Source of the DNA: a virus
Taxonomy: Duplodnaviria > Caudoviricetes
IMG/VR virus record: IMGVR_UViG_3300020402_000137
Location: 1-43,460 of that record
Length of the DNA stretch: 43,460 nt
Direction: 5' to 3' (one strand)
The notes below the pieces were generated by a model. It searched no databases. It was not told where the DNA came from and was given only the letters and a program-made list of their open reading frames with translations. A program made the translations under genes and the position numbers. Positions 8,010 to 15,635 of the stretch are shown here, one piece after another. Each line of letters opens with the position of its first letter. Positions within the stretch are counted from its first letter, which is position 1.

Positions 8010-9103
8010 TTAACTCCTTCCATTATTTGTTTGATTATTCCGATAGTCCACCCATTGCCGAGCATTCTATATCTTTGTGTTTTGCTGACATAATTAGTGT
8101 AATTATCGGGAACATTCTGCAACCTTTCGCATTCAACAGGTGTAAGCTTTCGCCAACTATATTTGTCGGTTTCCTGTAAAATTAAATGATTGTCAGATTG
8201 AACGCTTGTAAGCGCGTTTGATTTATCGTCAAAACGCATTTCGTATTGTTGATTGTATTTAGTCTCATTAGCCTTTTTACGACCTCTGAGAGCGCCTATA
8301 CCGATTTTAGGTTCAGTATTACCGCCCATACAAGCGTTGAGCGTTGGCGACTTGCCTTCGACGGAATAAACACGCTTTAAGATATCGTGTCCGTTAATAT
8401 CGGACGCCATACCTATCTTTTTTAATCCGTCTTTTGATGTTTTTGGATTATCAATTAAAACCATTGTTCGTTGGTTTCGCTCGATAGAATTCCAATACAC
8501 CGCGCCTTGATATCTAGCCGTCAAACAATGCGCCTTGCCGTTGTTTGTCATTGCCTTATGACTAGTGCCATTTTCTAGGATATCGCATAGCATTATGCCT
8601 TTATCCTCGAAATTTTTATTAAATGGAATATTAGTCCAATATAAACGCTTTCGATGTTGCGCGCTTACAAGTGAACTATTTATCTCCACGGGTTCAACGC
8701 CAAGATATTTACTAATAATATCCTGACTCTCTTTTTTCATTTTGACATTTTCCAAAAGAAAATATTTCGGTTTTAACTCGTTGAGAATTTCAACAAAGTT
8801 AAAAAATAGTTTCGATCTTGGATCTTCAAAATTTAATTGTTTACCCGCATAGCTGAACCCCTGACAAGGTGACCCGCCAAGAAGTAAATCTATTTTTGGA
8901 AATTTGTTATCTCTCCAAAATTTTAATACACCTCGAACATCGCCGAGGTGCATTGTATTTGGAAAATTTTCTTGAGCAACTTTGATAGCGTATTTATCAA
9001 TCTCACTCGCGAAATAATTTTTAACAGGAATCCGCGCTTGTTTTAGTGCAAGCTGACCGCAAGACATCCCGTCAAATAAAGATAAAACATTTAAACCTTC
9101 CAT
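8000..9103 (-). CDS. C5 cytosine DNA methyltransferase
   Basis: Motif I LFDGMSCG, catalytic GGSPCQGFS, ENV, QHRKRLYW, LTPVECERLQ, LGNGW. Confidence 0.95.
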   Translation of the reverse strand: MEGLNVLSLFDGMSCGQLALKQARIPVKNYFASEIDKYAIKVAQENFPNTMHLGDVRGVLKFWRDNKFPKIDLLLGGSPCQGFSYAGKQLNFEDPRSKLFFNFVEILNELKPKYFLLENVKMKKESQDIISKYLGVEPVEINSSLVSAQHRKRLYWTNIPFNKNFEDKGIMLCDILENGTSHKAMTNNGKAHCLTARYQGAVYWNSIERNQRTMVLIDNPKTSKDGLKKIGMASDINGHDILKRVYSVEGKSPTLNACMGGNTEPKIGIGALRGRKKANETKYNQQYEMRFDDKSNALTSVQSDNHLILQETDKYSWRKLTPVECERLQNVPDNYTNYVSKTQRYRMLGNGWTIGIIKQIMEGVKCT

Positions 9104-9306
9104 TGTTTTACCTTTCCATTATCAGTTAAATAAACGGCGGTCGTCACACTTTGTAGATTTCCCTTTTTATTCTTATATTGAATATTTACGGGAATTTTTG
9201 GAAATTTACTAGCAATCTTCCTAAGACATTTTTTATAGGAATTTTCACTAATAACTTCTGTTTGTTCCGCTGACGGAACTTTGCTAATTGTGTAGTCGTA
9301 TCGCAT
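9091..9306 (-). CDS. Hypothetical early protein
   Basis: 71 aa with an AGAAAGG RBS, directly downstream of hammerhead HH2. Confidence 0.72.
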   Translation of the reverse strand: MRYDYTISKVPSAEQTEVISENSYKKCLRKIASKFPKIPVNIQYKNKKGNLQSVTTAVYLTDNGKVKQWKV

Positions 9307-9344
9307 TTTTTAGCCTTTCTTTTGTTAATATTCTGATAAATAAA

Positions 9345-9404
9345 AAACCTCATCAGCGCCCGCAACACGGACGGACGCGGGCAAAAATACCCGCGTTTCG
9401 GTTT
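9345..9404 (-). ncRNA. Type II hammerhead ribozyme (HH2)
   Basis: AAACC-GAAA-CGCGGG(UAUUUUUG)CCCGCG-UC-CGUCCG(UGUUG)CGGGCG-CUGAUGA-GGUUU. Predicted cleavage between 9374 and 9373. Confidence 0.93.
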
Positions 9405-9876
9405 AGCCTGTTATTTGTTCGGTCGTTGTTTTTCTATCAAGATAAACGCGTAAATTTTTAGATTTAGAAATTGGTTGTCCGTGATAGGTGCAACCTGTTT
9501 TTCTAAATTCGTCTTTTACATTTTGACCTTTTACACGCATTTTATATCCGTCTTTATTTAGATAGATTTTTAAAAGTTTTATAAATTGCTTTCCAAAATC
9601 ATCATTCGGGATTTTTTCAAAAGCCATTTCATAACCTACATTGTAAGTTTTATATTTTGGCGCAAGTCTATCGTAAAACGATTTAGACATTAGAGTTTTT
9701 TTAACTATTCGTAAAAGGTGGACTAATTCCATATCAAGAATATTTATATATTCCTGTTTGCTTTCCGAAAAGTATTTTAAACCCTCGTCGTTAAAATCTT
9801 GTAAATCACACGGGAAAGCGCGCCCGTCGTTATCGTGAATTACTTTATCGATTTCTAAAAGTTTTCTTATTTGCAT
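9403..9876 (-). CDS. Hypothetical early protein
   Basis: 157-aa ORF with an AGAAAGG RBS, flanked on both sides by hammerheads. Confidence 0.8.
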   Translation of the reverse strand: MQIRKLLEIDKVIHDNDGRAFPCDLQDFNDEGLKYFSESKQEYINILDMELVHLLRIVKKTLMSKSFYDRLAPKYKTYNVGYEMAFEKIPNDDFGKQFIKLLKIYLNKDGYKMRVKGQNVKDEFRKTGCTYHGQPISKSKNLRVYLDRKTTTEQITG

Positions 9877-9911
9877 TTTATAGCCTTTCTTTTGTTTGTT
9901 CTAACTCGGTT

Positions 9912-9967
9912 ATCCTCGTCAGCGCCGACATAATCGACGGACGCGAGCAATTGCCCGCGTTTCGGAT
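9912..9967 (-). ncRNA. Type II hammerhead ribozyme (HH1)
   Basis: AUCC-GAAA-CGCGGGC(AAUU)GCUCGCG-UC-CGUCGA(UUAUG)UCGGCG-CUGACGA-GGAU. Predicted cleavage between 9940 and 9939. Confidence 0.93.
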
Positions 9968-9969
9968 TT

Positions 9970-10758
9970 TTATATAGCGTCAACAACAAAACCGCTTTTG
10001 TCGCCTATCGCGTCGCCTTTAGCGTATAAACCGACAACAACGCCTTGTTCATCGTAAAACCTAACATCGGTTTCGTCGCCGTTTATTACACGCATATTTA
10101 AAAAAGTTTTTGGCAAAATTTTATCACGAAAAACAACCGCAATTCTCATTCCGTTTTTAATCGCAATTTTTATTTGATCTTGAAACAATGTCTCTATTCC
10201 TGAATAACTAAAAGTTAAATCGTAAATTTCAGGATTAGGAATTTTTCTATTTGCAAGTTTTGTATAGTCGTAAAATTTAACATTATATTCGTTATATAAT
10301 TCGACCATATCCGCCCAAAAGTAATTTTCAATTCTGATATCGCTAGTACCATTAAAACGCACCGCAAATTGATATCCTTGCGCTTGCGCTTTTTTACTTT
10401 CTTTTATTATTTCATATTTTAATTGGGTTAAGAATTCGTCGCGTCTATCTATCCAATAAAGCGTTTTTCTAATTCTTGATAATTGTACGCTTGTAAACTT
10501 TCCACGCCCCGCCGAATACAAACAAGCTTTTTCGCAACCCGCCAATTTTGCCATTGGGCAAGTATTATAGAAATTTAAAGTATTAGACGGCGTAAGATAT
10601 ATAATACCTGTTTTAACTTTAAGCTTGTCGCCTTTTATTGTCTTAGCGTCGCCGTCAATTGTCATTAACTTAGCGGGCAATTTTTGAAACAATTGCGCGT
10701 TTTCATTAATCGCTTTTAAGATGTTTGGATTAGTTATTTTTGAGATTGATTTAAACAT
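9970..10758 (-). CDS. Gp88-like phage protein (Cys-cluster)
   Basis: TCPMAKLAGCEKACLYSAGRG, VRFNGTSDI, FYDYTK, NGDETDVRFYD and GVVVGLYAKG motifs, recalled from GP88-family phage proteins. First gene of the early region. Confidence 0.72.
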   Translation of the reverse strand: MFKSISKITNPNILKAINENAQLFQKLPAKLMTIDGDAKTIKGDKLKVKTGIIYLTPSNTLNFYNTCPMAKLAGCEKACLYSAGRGKFTSVQLSRIRKTLYWIDRRDEFLTQLKYEIIKESKKAQAQGYQFAVRFNGTSDIRIENYFWADMVELYNEYNVKFYDYTKLANRKIPNPEIYDLTFSYSGIETLFQDQIKIAIKNGMRIAVVFRDKILPKTFLNMRVINGDETDVRFYDEQGVVVGLYAKGDAIGDKSGFVVDAI

Positions 10759-10797
10759 TCGTTTTGCCTTTCGTTTAGTTACATTTTGTTAATTCTG

Positions 10798-10827
10798 ATT
10801 ATATGCATATTTTTTAAAAAAAGACAA
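10798..10827 (-). promoter_or_regulatory. Host sigma70-type early promoter
   Basis: TTGTCT-18 nt-TATAAT about 40 nt upstream of the first early gene. Confidence 0.72.
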
Positions 10828-10871
10828 ACACTTTAAGAAAAAAATAGTGTTACAGGGGTGCGCGTCCGTGC

Positions 10872-10912
10872 CGTGATAAATATATCACAACCGCTGTTGC
10901 AAAAATACAACA
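10872..10912. promoter_or_regulatory. Two tandem 18-bp imperfect palindromes (operator-like)
   Basis: CGTGATAAATATATCACA (10872-10889) and TGTTGCAAAAATACAACA (10895-10912). A near-identical TGTTGCAAAAATGCAACA occurs at 7269-7286. Confidence 0.5.
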
Positions 10913-11002
10913 CTCACGATTTACCCAATAACACTAAATAACAGGAATATCTTTTATATAACAATATGAACAACCGCCGATAATTTAAGCATATCAACAA
11001 GT

Positions 11003-11221
11003 TTATTTTTGCCCGCCGTCAATCGTAACAATAACGGGATTGCTTTTTGTTTTCTGACAGGTTTTTTTGAAGCTTCGACCTGGACGCCTGGCAGCCAGGG
11101 TCACGGGGGTTCGCCAAAGTGTGTCGGGGAAAATATGACCACACGAATTTTTGGCATTTTTTGAAAACGGCTCTCTAGGAAGACGAGGGAGTACATATGT
11201 TGCTATCAAATGACCAAACAT
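11003..11221 (-). CDS. Possible small ORF in the terminal region
   Basis: Strong AGGAGG RBS 9 nt before ATG, but atypical composition and it spans hairpin-rich DNA. Confidence 0.3.
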   Translation of the reverse strand: MFGHLIATYVLPRLPREPFSKNAKNSCGHIFPDTLWRTPVTLAARRPGRSFKKTCQKTKSNPVIVTIDGGQK

Positions 11222-11233
11222 ACCTGAAACCTC

Positions 11234-11395
11234 CTAATCCTTCTGTATGACGCTTATATCGCCATTAAACGCCATTCGCCCTTTTCGGCTATAAATTTTC
11301 TTATTTTTAACTATCTTCTGACGGAACTTCGGTGTCCGAAGGTCTTTCGCCAATGGATTCGCTTTCCTCTTCGGGCGTTTTGGATTCTTCGACAT
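11234..11395 (-). CDS. Small basic protein resembling ArfA (alternative ribosome rescue factor A)
   Basis: MSKNPKRPKRKANPLAKDLRTPKFRQKIVKNKKIYSRKGR matches the ArfA pattern N-x4-L-x2-P-x-FRQ-x3-KNKK...Y-x-RKG, without the GKGS insert. Confidence 0.6.
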   Translation of the reverse strand: MSKNPKRPKRKANPLAKDLRTPKFRQKIVKNKKIYSRKGRMAFNGDISVIQKD

Positions 11396-11768
11396 ACTCG
11401 TTCCACGAAAGTTGAAAATGTGGTGCATCTTTAAAAGTCTCCCAATCTCCACCCCATTCAATAGTAATACCTTTATTAGATCCTATAGCTTTAATTAAGT
11501 TAGCAACAGGAATATATTCATCGAACTCCCATACTGCTTTCTTATCTTTATATATAAATATATCTACGGCGTGACCTGTAAGATGTCTTGAATTCATAGT
11601 TTGAGATTTACCTTCTCTGACTAATTCTCTTTGTCTCTCTTTAGTTCTTAAACCTTCAGATATACCAAAGTCTACAGGTGAAACAGATATTGCTTCTACC
11701 ATTATAGATACTAAATCTTCGTGTACGCCTTTAAGTTTACTCATAGATGTTTTTCCAAAAGTATACAT
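11307..11768 (-). CDS. Endolysin, M15-family (L-Ala-D-Glu) peptidase
   Basis: EGLRTKERQ, SRHLTGHAVD and WGGDW...DAPHFQL motifs. Confidence 0.92.
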   Translation of the reverse strand: MYTFGKTSMSKLKGVHEDLVSIMVEAISVSPVDFGISEGLRTKERQRELVREGKSQTMNSRHLTGHAVDIFIYKDKKAVWEFDEYIPVANLIKAIGSNKGITIEWGGDWETFKDAPHFQLSWNEYVEESKTPEEESESIGERPSDTEVPSEDS

Positions 11769-11778
11769 AACTATCCCC

Positions 11779-12072
11779 TTATATTTTAATTTTAGTTAGT
11801 TTAATAACATTCTTAGTTGGTATTGTAGTAACACCACCAATGTCACCTAATGTACCATCGTCATTAAAATTGTAATCACTTGCAATCCTATGACAATGAT
11901 TGTTTGTTGATATTAACCAACCTGTTGATAAACATATCGTAGGTTTGGTTGTCTTTGCTTTATCTTGTGTCAGCCAGCTTGCATCACTATTGATATCAAG
12001 CCACCAACAAAAATAATAATCAGCTATGTCAGGTATATCAGGTAATACTAAAGCTTTCTTTTTTTTCGCCAT
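11779..12072 (-). CDS. Hypothetical phage protein
   Basis: 97-aa ORF with a WLDI...W, STGWL, TTIP pattern, overlapping the terminase end. Confidence 0.75.
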   Translation of the reverse strand: MAKKKKALVLPDIPDIADYYFCWWLDINSDASWLTQDKAKTTKPTICLSTGWLISTNNHCHRIASDYNFNDDGTLGDIGGVTTIPTKNVIKLTKIKI

Positions 12073-13928
12073 TGTTCCCCCTTTCTATCTGACATCCATA
12101 CTTCAGTTCGTTGCCCACCACGCTTAACCCCACGGATCAATTTTGCACCGCCTTCCATAAACTCTAAGAAATCTTCGATCTCTTCGTCCATTCTTTGTTG
12201 TAGCACACCTTGAGCAGCTTGGTTGACATCTTGTTCCATCGATCGCTGATAGTGTGCTACTGCGCCCGCTAGGGCGTCTAATCGGTCGTCGTGTTTCAAC
12301 GACCCTCTGTCTCTTGTTATATGTGTCAACTGATATAACAAAGAGAATCGATGGTCTTCTGCACGAGCCTCGGCACGCGCTAAATCTTCATCTATCACTA
12401 ATCGGTGTTGTGCTAATACGGGTTCAAGCGTATCTATAATTCTTAATTCTTTTTGACCTTTCGCCCATTCGGACTCACAGACCGTACAACCGCCAGGCCA
12501 CACTTTTGATAATACAGGTTGGAATGCAGCAAGCCACATCCCTTGTCCAAAGTTAGGTTCAACCTCAATGGTTTGCACATCGTATTTCTTTGCGTCTATG
12601 GCTATCTGTGTCATAGCATCAGACGGATCTCCGTGTGTTCCACCAATGTGTAAACAATACATAATACCATTAAGAACACCTACGATTGCCCAGGCAGTTT
12701 CGTCCGCTCCTCTTCCTGAAGGATCGACAAATAAAACCTTAGACTCTAAAGTTTCCCATTCTTTATCTATAAACAATGGTCGCAAAAAGTGATCACCTGA
12801 GAAACCTAAGTTAGGTATATCTTTTATGTAATTACCTTTATCATTATCTCTTCCCCATTGTACCGTCAGCGGTGCTTTCATAGGGTTGATAGCCATTGTA
12901 ATCAAATTGAATTGTCTTAATGGATATCTTTCGGCATCTGATAAAGATGTATCTAACATATATTGTAAAGCAAACGATGCTCTACCTTTAGACTCAATCT
13001 TTATTAATTCTTCTTCACCAAACCTTTTATCTGTAATATCACCTGACTTCATTTTCTTTGTAGCGTATCTTGCTAAAAGATAAGGTGCTAATATGTTTAC
13101 CTCTGTTCCTTTGTTGTTATCTGTTAACAAATAGTTTTTAAGTTTGTCGGTAGTCGGAAACCTTACAGGAATTGTAAAACAATTAAATCCCATCTCTGTG
13201 ACTAGTTTATTATAAACAGACTCTTCTGTCTGAGGAGTACCCAATAATATTATGTCTCCCTTTCCGTGTTCTGTTTTTGTAATCGGTACAAAGTCAGATT
13301 GGATAATTCGTACAATTCTTTGTCTAGCTTCTTCCGTAAGGCTATTACGCTCAACTTCTATATCGTCAGCAATTAAGATAGTCGCACGACTACCTGTTAT
13401 CTGACCTGTAATACCACGCGCAGCAACACTATACGATTGCGATAGTGATGCTCCCGCTACATCAAATTGATCAGCCATATCTCTTCGAGCTGCACCTGAC
13501 TCACGATTACCTTCGAGTAACCATTGAACTAAGTCCATTGACTCTAGGATACCTTTAGTTTGTGCAACGAATTCTTTTGCCTTAGATCCTGTAGCTGAGA
13601 CTACAAGTATCTTTTCGTCTCTAGGGTTTCTCATTAAACGCCATATAGCATACGCAGAAGTAATGTAAGATTTACCCAATGATCTAAAGCATCGTATAAT
13701 ATCTTCGCGCGGGCCACTTACAGATATTCCTTGCGAAAGTTCTGTAGTATCAACGCCGTGTTGGAGACGATGTGCAATTTCATATTGAGCGGCGGTAGGT
13801 TCAGGCAGACCTAAGTGTTGCCACACAATAAATAAAAAGTTTCTAAAATCTGTATATGCTCCCCACACATCATCAGGAAATGTAGTTTCCCAATGCGGTC
13901 TATCCTCAAGCATTAGGGGATTGAGCAT
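12048..13928 (-). CDS. Terminase large subunit (gp19-like)
   Basis: FRSLGKSYIT Walker A, ITGSRATILIADDIE, LGTPQ, FALQYMLD, VDPSGRGADET, HDDRLDALAGAV. Confidence 0.97.
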   Translation of the reverse strand: MLNPLMLEDRPHWETTFPDDVWGAYTDFRNFLFIVWQHLGLPEPTAAQYEIAHRLQHGVDTTELSQGISVSGPREDIIRCFRSLGKSYITSAYAIWRLMRNPRDEKILVVSATGSKAKEFVAQTKGILESMDLVQWLLEGNRESGAARRDMADQFDVAGASLSQSYSVAARGITGQITGSRATILIADDIEVERNSLTEEARQRIVRIIQSDFVPITKTEHGKGDIILLGTPQTEESVYNKLVTEMGFNCFTIPVRFPTTDKLKNYLLTDNNKGTEVNILAPYLLARYATKKMKSGDITDKRFGEEELIKIESKGRASFALQYMLDTSLSDAERYPLRQFNLITMAINPMKAPLTVQWGRDNDKGNYIKDIPNLGFSGDHFLRPLFIDKEWETLESKVLFVDPSGRGADETAWAIVGVLNGIMYCLHIGGTHGDPSDAMTQIAIDAKKYDVQTIEVEPNFGQGMWLAAFQPVLSKVWPGGCTVCESEWAKGQKELRIIDTLEPVLAQHRLVIDEDLARAEARAEDHRFSLLYQLTHITRDRGSLKHDDRLDALAGAVAHYQRSMEQDVNQAAQGVLQQRMDEEIEDFLEFMEGGAKLIRGVKRGGQRTEVWMSDRKGEQWRKKRKL

Positions 13929-14239
13929 TAGGTTCTCCTTTTATATGATCGTTTATTAATTCTTAGATATCCATCGATGAATGCACTAACACCATTGATT
14001 GCTCCTGGAACACCTTCAGTTCCATCTTTAACACCTTCGAGCAATTGCATTTCTTTGTTAGGACTATACCCAACTTTAGGTGCTTTAGATTTTCTTTTGT
14101 TAGCATCTTCAAGCAATGGATTTTTAACTTGTTGTGTCTTTGGTGTCATATTAGTCCGCATCTGATTTTGTGTCGGTGACATAATCTGTAAAGGTGCGGG
14201 TCTATATTGACTTGACGCTAGTCCTGATTTAACTGCCAT
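13928..14239 (-). CDS. Hypothetical protein between the terminase subunits
   Basis: 103 aa with an AAGGAG RBS; TAATG coupling to the large subunit. Confidence 0.7.
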   Translation of the reverse strand: MAVKSGLASSQYRPAPLQIMSPTQNQMRTNMTPKTQQVKNPLLEDANKRKSKAPKVGYSPNKEMQLLEGVKDGTEGVPGAINGVSAFIDGYLRINKRSYKRRT

Positions 14240-14465
14240 ATTCCTTCTCCTTGTTTAAATCAAAAGGCATTGTTGCCTTATACTTTGATAAAGAAGAAGC
14301 TATCTTTTTTGCGGTAGGTAAATCCTCAAGTTCTTGTGCGGGTGGAAACGCTTTAAGAAAGTTAACTATAGCAGAAACCATTGCGGGTTGTAGTTCCTCT
14401 TCGGTTTCTACAATACCAGATAGTCTGACTAATAGTTTATCTTTTAACTCTTTAGTATCTGCCAT
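14229..14465 (-). CDS. Probable terminase small subunit (gp18-like)
   Basis: Size, position and the PAMVSAIVNFLK motif resemble T7 gp18. Confidence 0.6.
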   Translation of the reverse strand: MADTKELKDKLLVRLSGIVETEEELQPAMVSAIVNFLKAFPPAQELEDLPTAKKIASSLSKYKATMPFDLNKEKEYGS

Positions 14466-14474
14466 AGTAACTCC

Positions 14475-14624
14475 TTATTTTTTCTTTTTCTTCTTAGGAA
14501 AACCCGCTTTCATATTTGCATAGGCTTTCTTAGTTATTGTACTTTTGGATTTCGGACGCGAAATACCAAGACGCTTCCTACGATTTATATTGGCGTAGAG
14601 ACCAGGTTTTTTCTTCGTAGCCAT
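14475..14624 (-). CDS. 49-aa basic protein (not in ORF track)
   Basis: MATKKKPGLYANINRRKRLGISRPKSKSTITKKAYANMKAGFPKKKKKK; tiles exactly between its neighbours. Confidence 0.8.
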   Translation of the reverse strand: MATKKKPGLYANINRRKRLGISRPKSKSTITKKAYANMKAGFPKKKKKK

Positions 14625-14625
14625 A

Positions 14626-14751
14626 TTACTTCATCTTCTTTGGTGAACGACCACGATAAGTAATTTTCTTACCTGATTTTTTAGCTGCGGCTTTGGCTTT
14701 CTTCATTCCACCTCTGCTATAGCTATAAGATTTGTTTCCAACTTTTGGCAT
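14626..14751 (-). CDS. 41-aa basic protein (not in ORF track)
   Basis: MPKVGNKSYSYSRGGMKKAKAAAKKSGKKITYRGRSPKKMK with an AAGGAG RBS. Confidence 0.8.
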   Translation of the reverse strand: MPKVGNKSYSYSRGGMKKAKAAAKKSGKKITYRGRSPKKMK

Positions 14752-14781
14752 AATTATTTCTCCTTATTTGTTAAGTTGATA

Positions 14782-15030
14782 TTATCTTGACTTTGTGCCA
14801 CTACATCTCCAACGCTTTCGAGATAGTCTCAAAGGTGAGTTGGGATTTCTTGCTGCTTTTGGGTTACGCTTCATTTGGCCCGCGCTACGAGCGCAATATG
14901 AATTTCCTTTCTTAGTGCCTGGACGAACTCTTGGGCCACCACCTTTGGCTTTGCCCGCTTGTCCATAAGAAACTTTTTTACCTGATGCCGTTATTTTAAC
15001 TTTGGCTTTTCCTTTTCTAGGTTTTGTCAT
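14782..15030 (-). CDS. Basic hypothetical protein
   Basis: Lys/Arg-rich, with SYGQAG, SYCARSAG and SPLRLSRKRWRC. Confidence 0.8.
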   Translation of the reverse strand: MTKPRKGKAKVKITASGKKVSYGQAGKAKGGGPRVRPGTKKGNSYCARSAGQMKRNPKAARNPNSPLRLSRKRWRCSGTKSR

Positions 15031-15428
15031 TTTGTAGTTCCCTTCATCTTGTCGTAGCTTCTAAGTCCAGCAAGACCGAGCATCGCAAATACGAGTTCTA
15101 GCAAAATGTCTGTATTAATGGAGGGTAGTATGGTATCGTTGCCGACCAATACAAGTATCCATTGCAAAATTGGTTGTAGTATAAAAGTGTACGCGAAACC
15201 CGCGCTGCACGCCCATCCGAGACTCGGACGCCATCCTGAAGTCCATACGGATCTATGACCCGCTTCAATTTGATTTGTTTTGATTTGTTCAACATTTATT
15301 TGTGCCGCGTTAGCAATTAACATTTTTTCTATTTCAGATTTAGTTTTTGCGTTTAGATTTTTATCAGGCACAACTCTATCTAAAACTTCGCCGACCATTG
15401 GTAGCAATGTGTTAATTATTGGTAACAT
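15027..15428 (-). CDS. Holin (3TM / GTA-type)
   Basis: EAGHRSVWTSGWRPSLGW and MLGLAGLRSYDK motifs with transmembrane segments. Confidence 0.82.
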   Translation of the reverse strand: MLPIINTLLPMVGEVLDRVVPDKNLNAKTKSEIEKMLIANAAQINVEQIKTNQIEAGHRSVWTSGWRPSLGWACSAGFAYTFILQPILQWILVLVGNDTILPSINTDILLELVFAMLGLAGLRSYDKMKGTTK

Positions 15429-15437
15429 AATAACTCC

Positions 15438-15623
15438 TTAATATTTCATAAACTTATCAATAAAGTTATACACCCTACCGAATTGTTTATCTATGTTTAG
15501 TAATTCTTGGTTCATCATACTGACCGTCGATTTTAACTCAACGATCTCTATTAAGACCCAAGTGCTTAGACCCATCAAGATAATACCTAATAAAGCTATT
15601 AATTGTTGTTGAAACTTTTTCAT
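15438..15623 (-). CDS. Small membrane/coiled-coil protein
   Basis: N-terminal hydrophobic helix followed by a coiled coil; GGAG RBS. Confidence 0.7.
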   Translation of the reverse strand: MKKFQQQLIALLGIILMGLSTWVLIEIVELKSTVSMMNQELLNIDKQFGRVYNFIDKFMKY

Positions 15624-15635
15624 AAATCTCCGTTG

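Noticed and set aside
7623-9967. GC-rich repeats read as CRISPR repeats or intrinsic terminators
   Set aside because: Spacing is gene-sized, no cas genes are present, and the conserved unpaired bases match the hammerhead core exactly.
10855-10880. Plus-strand GCGCGTCCGTG resembling the hammerhead stem III / cleavage-site context
   Set aside because: No GAAA or CUGANGA core in a suitable position and no closing stems.
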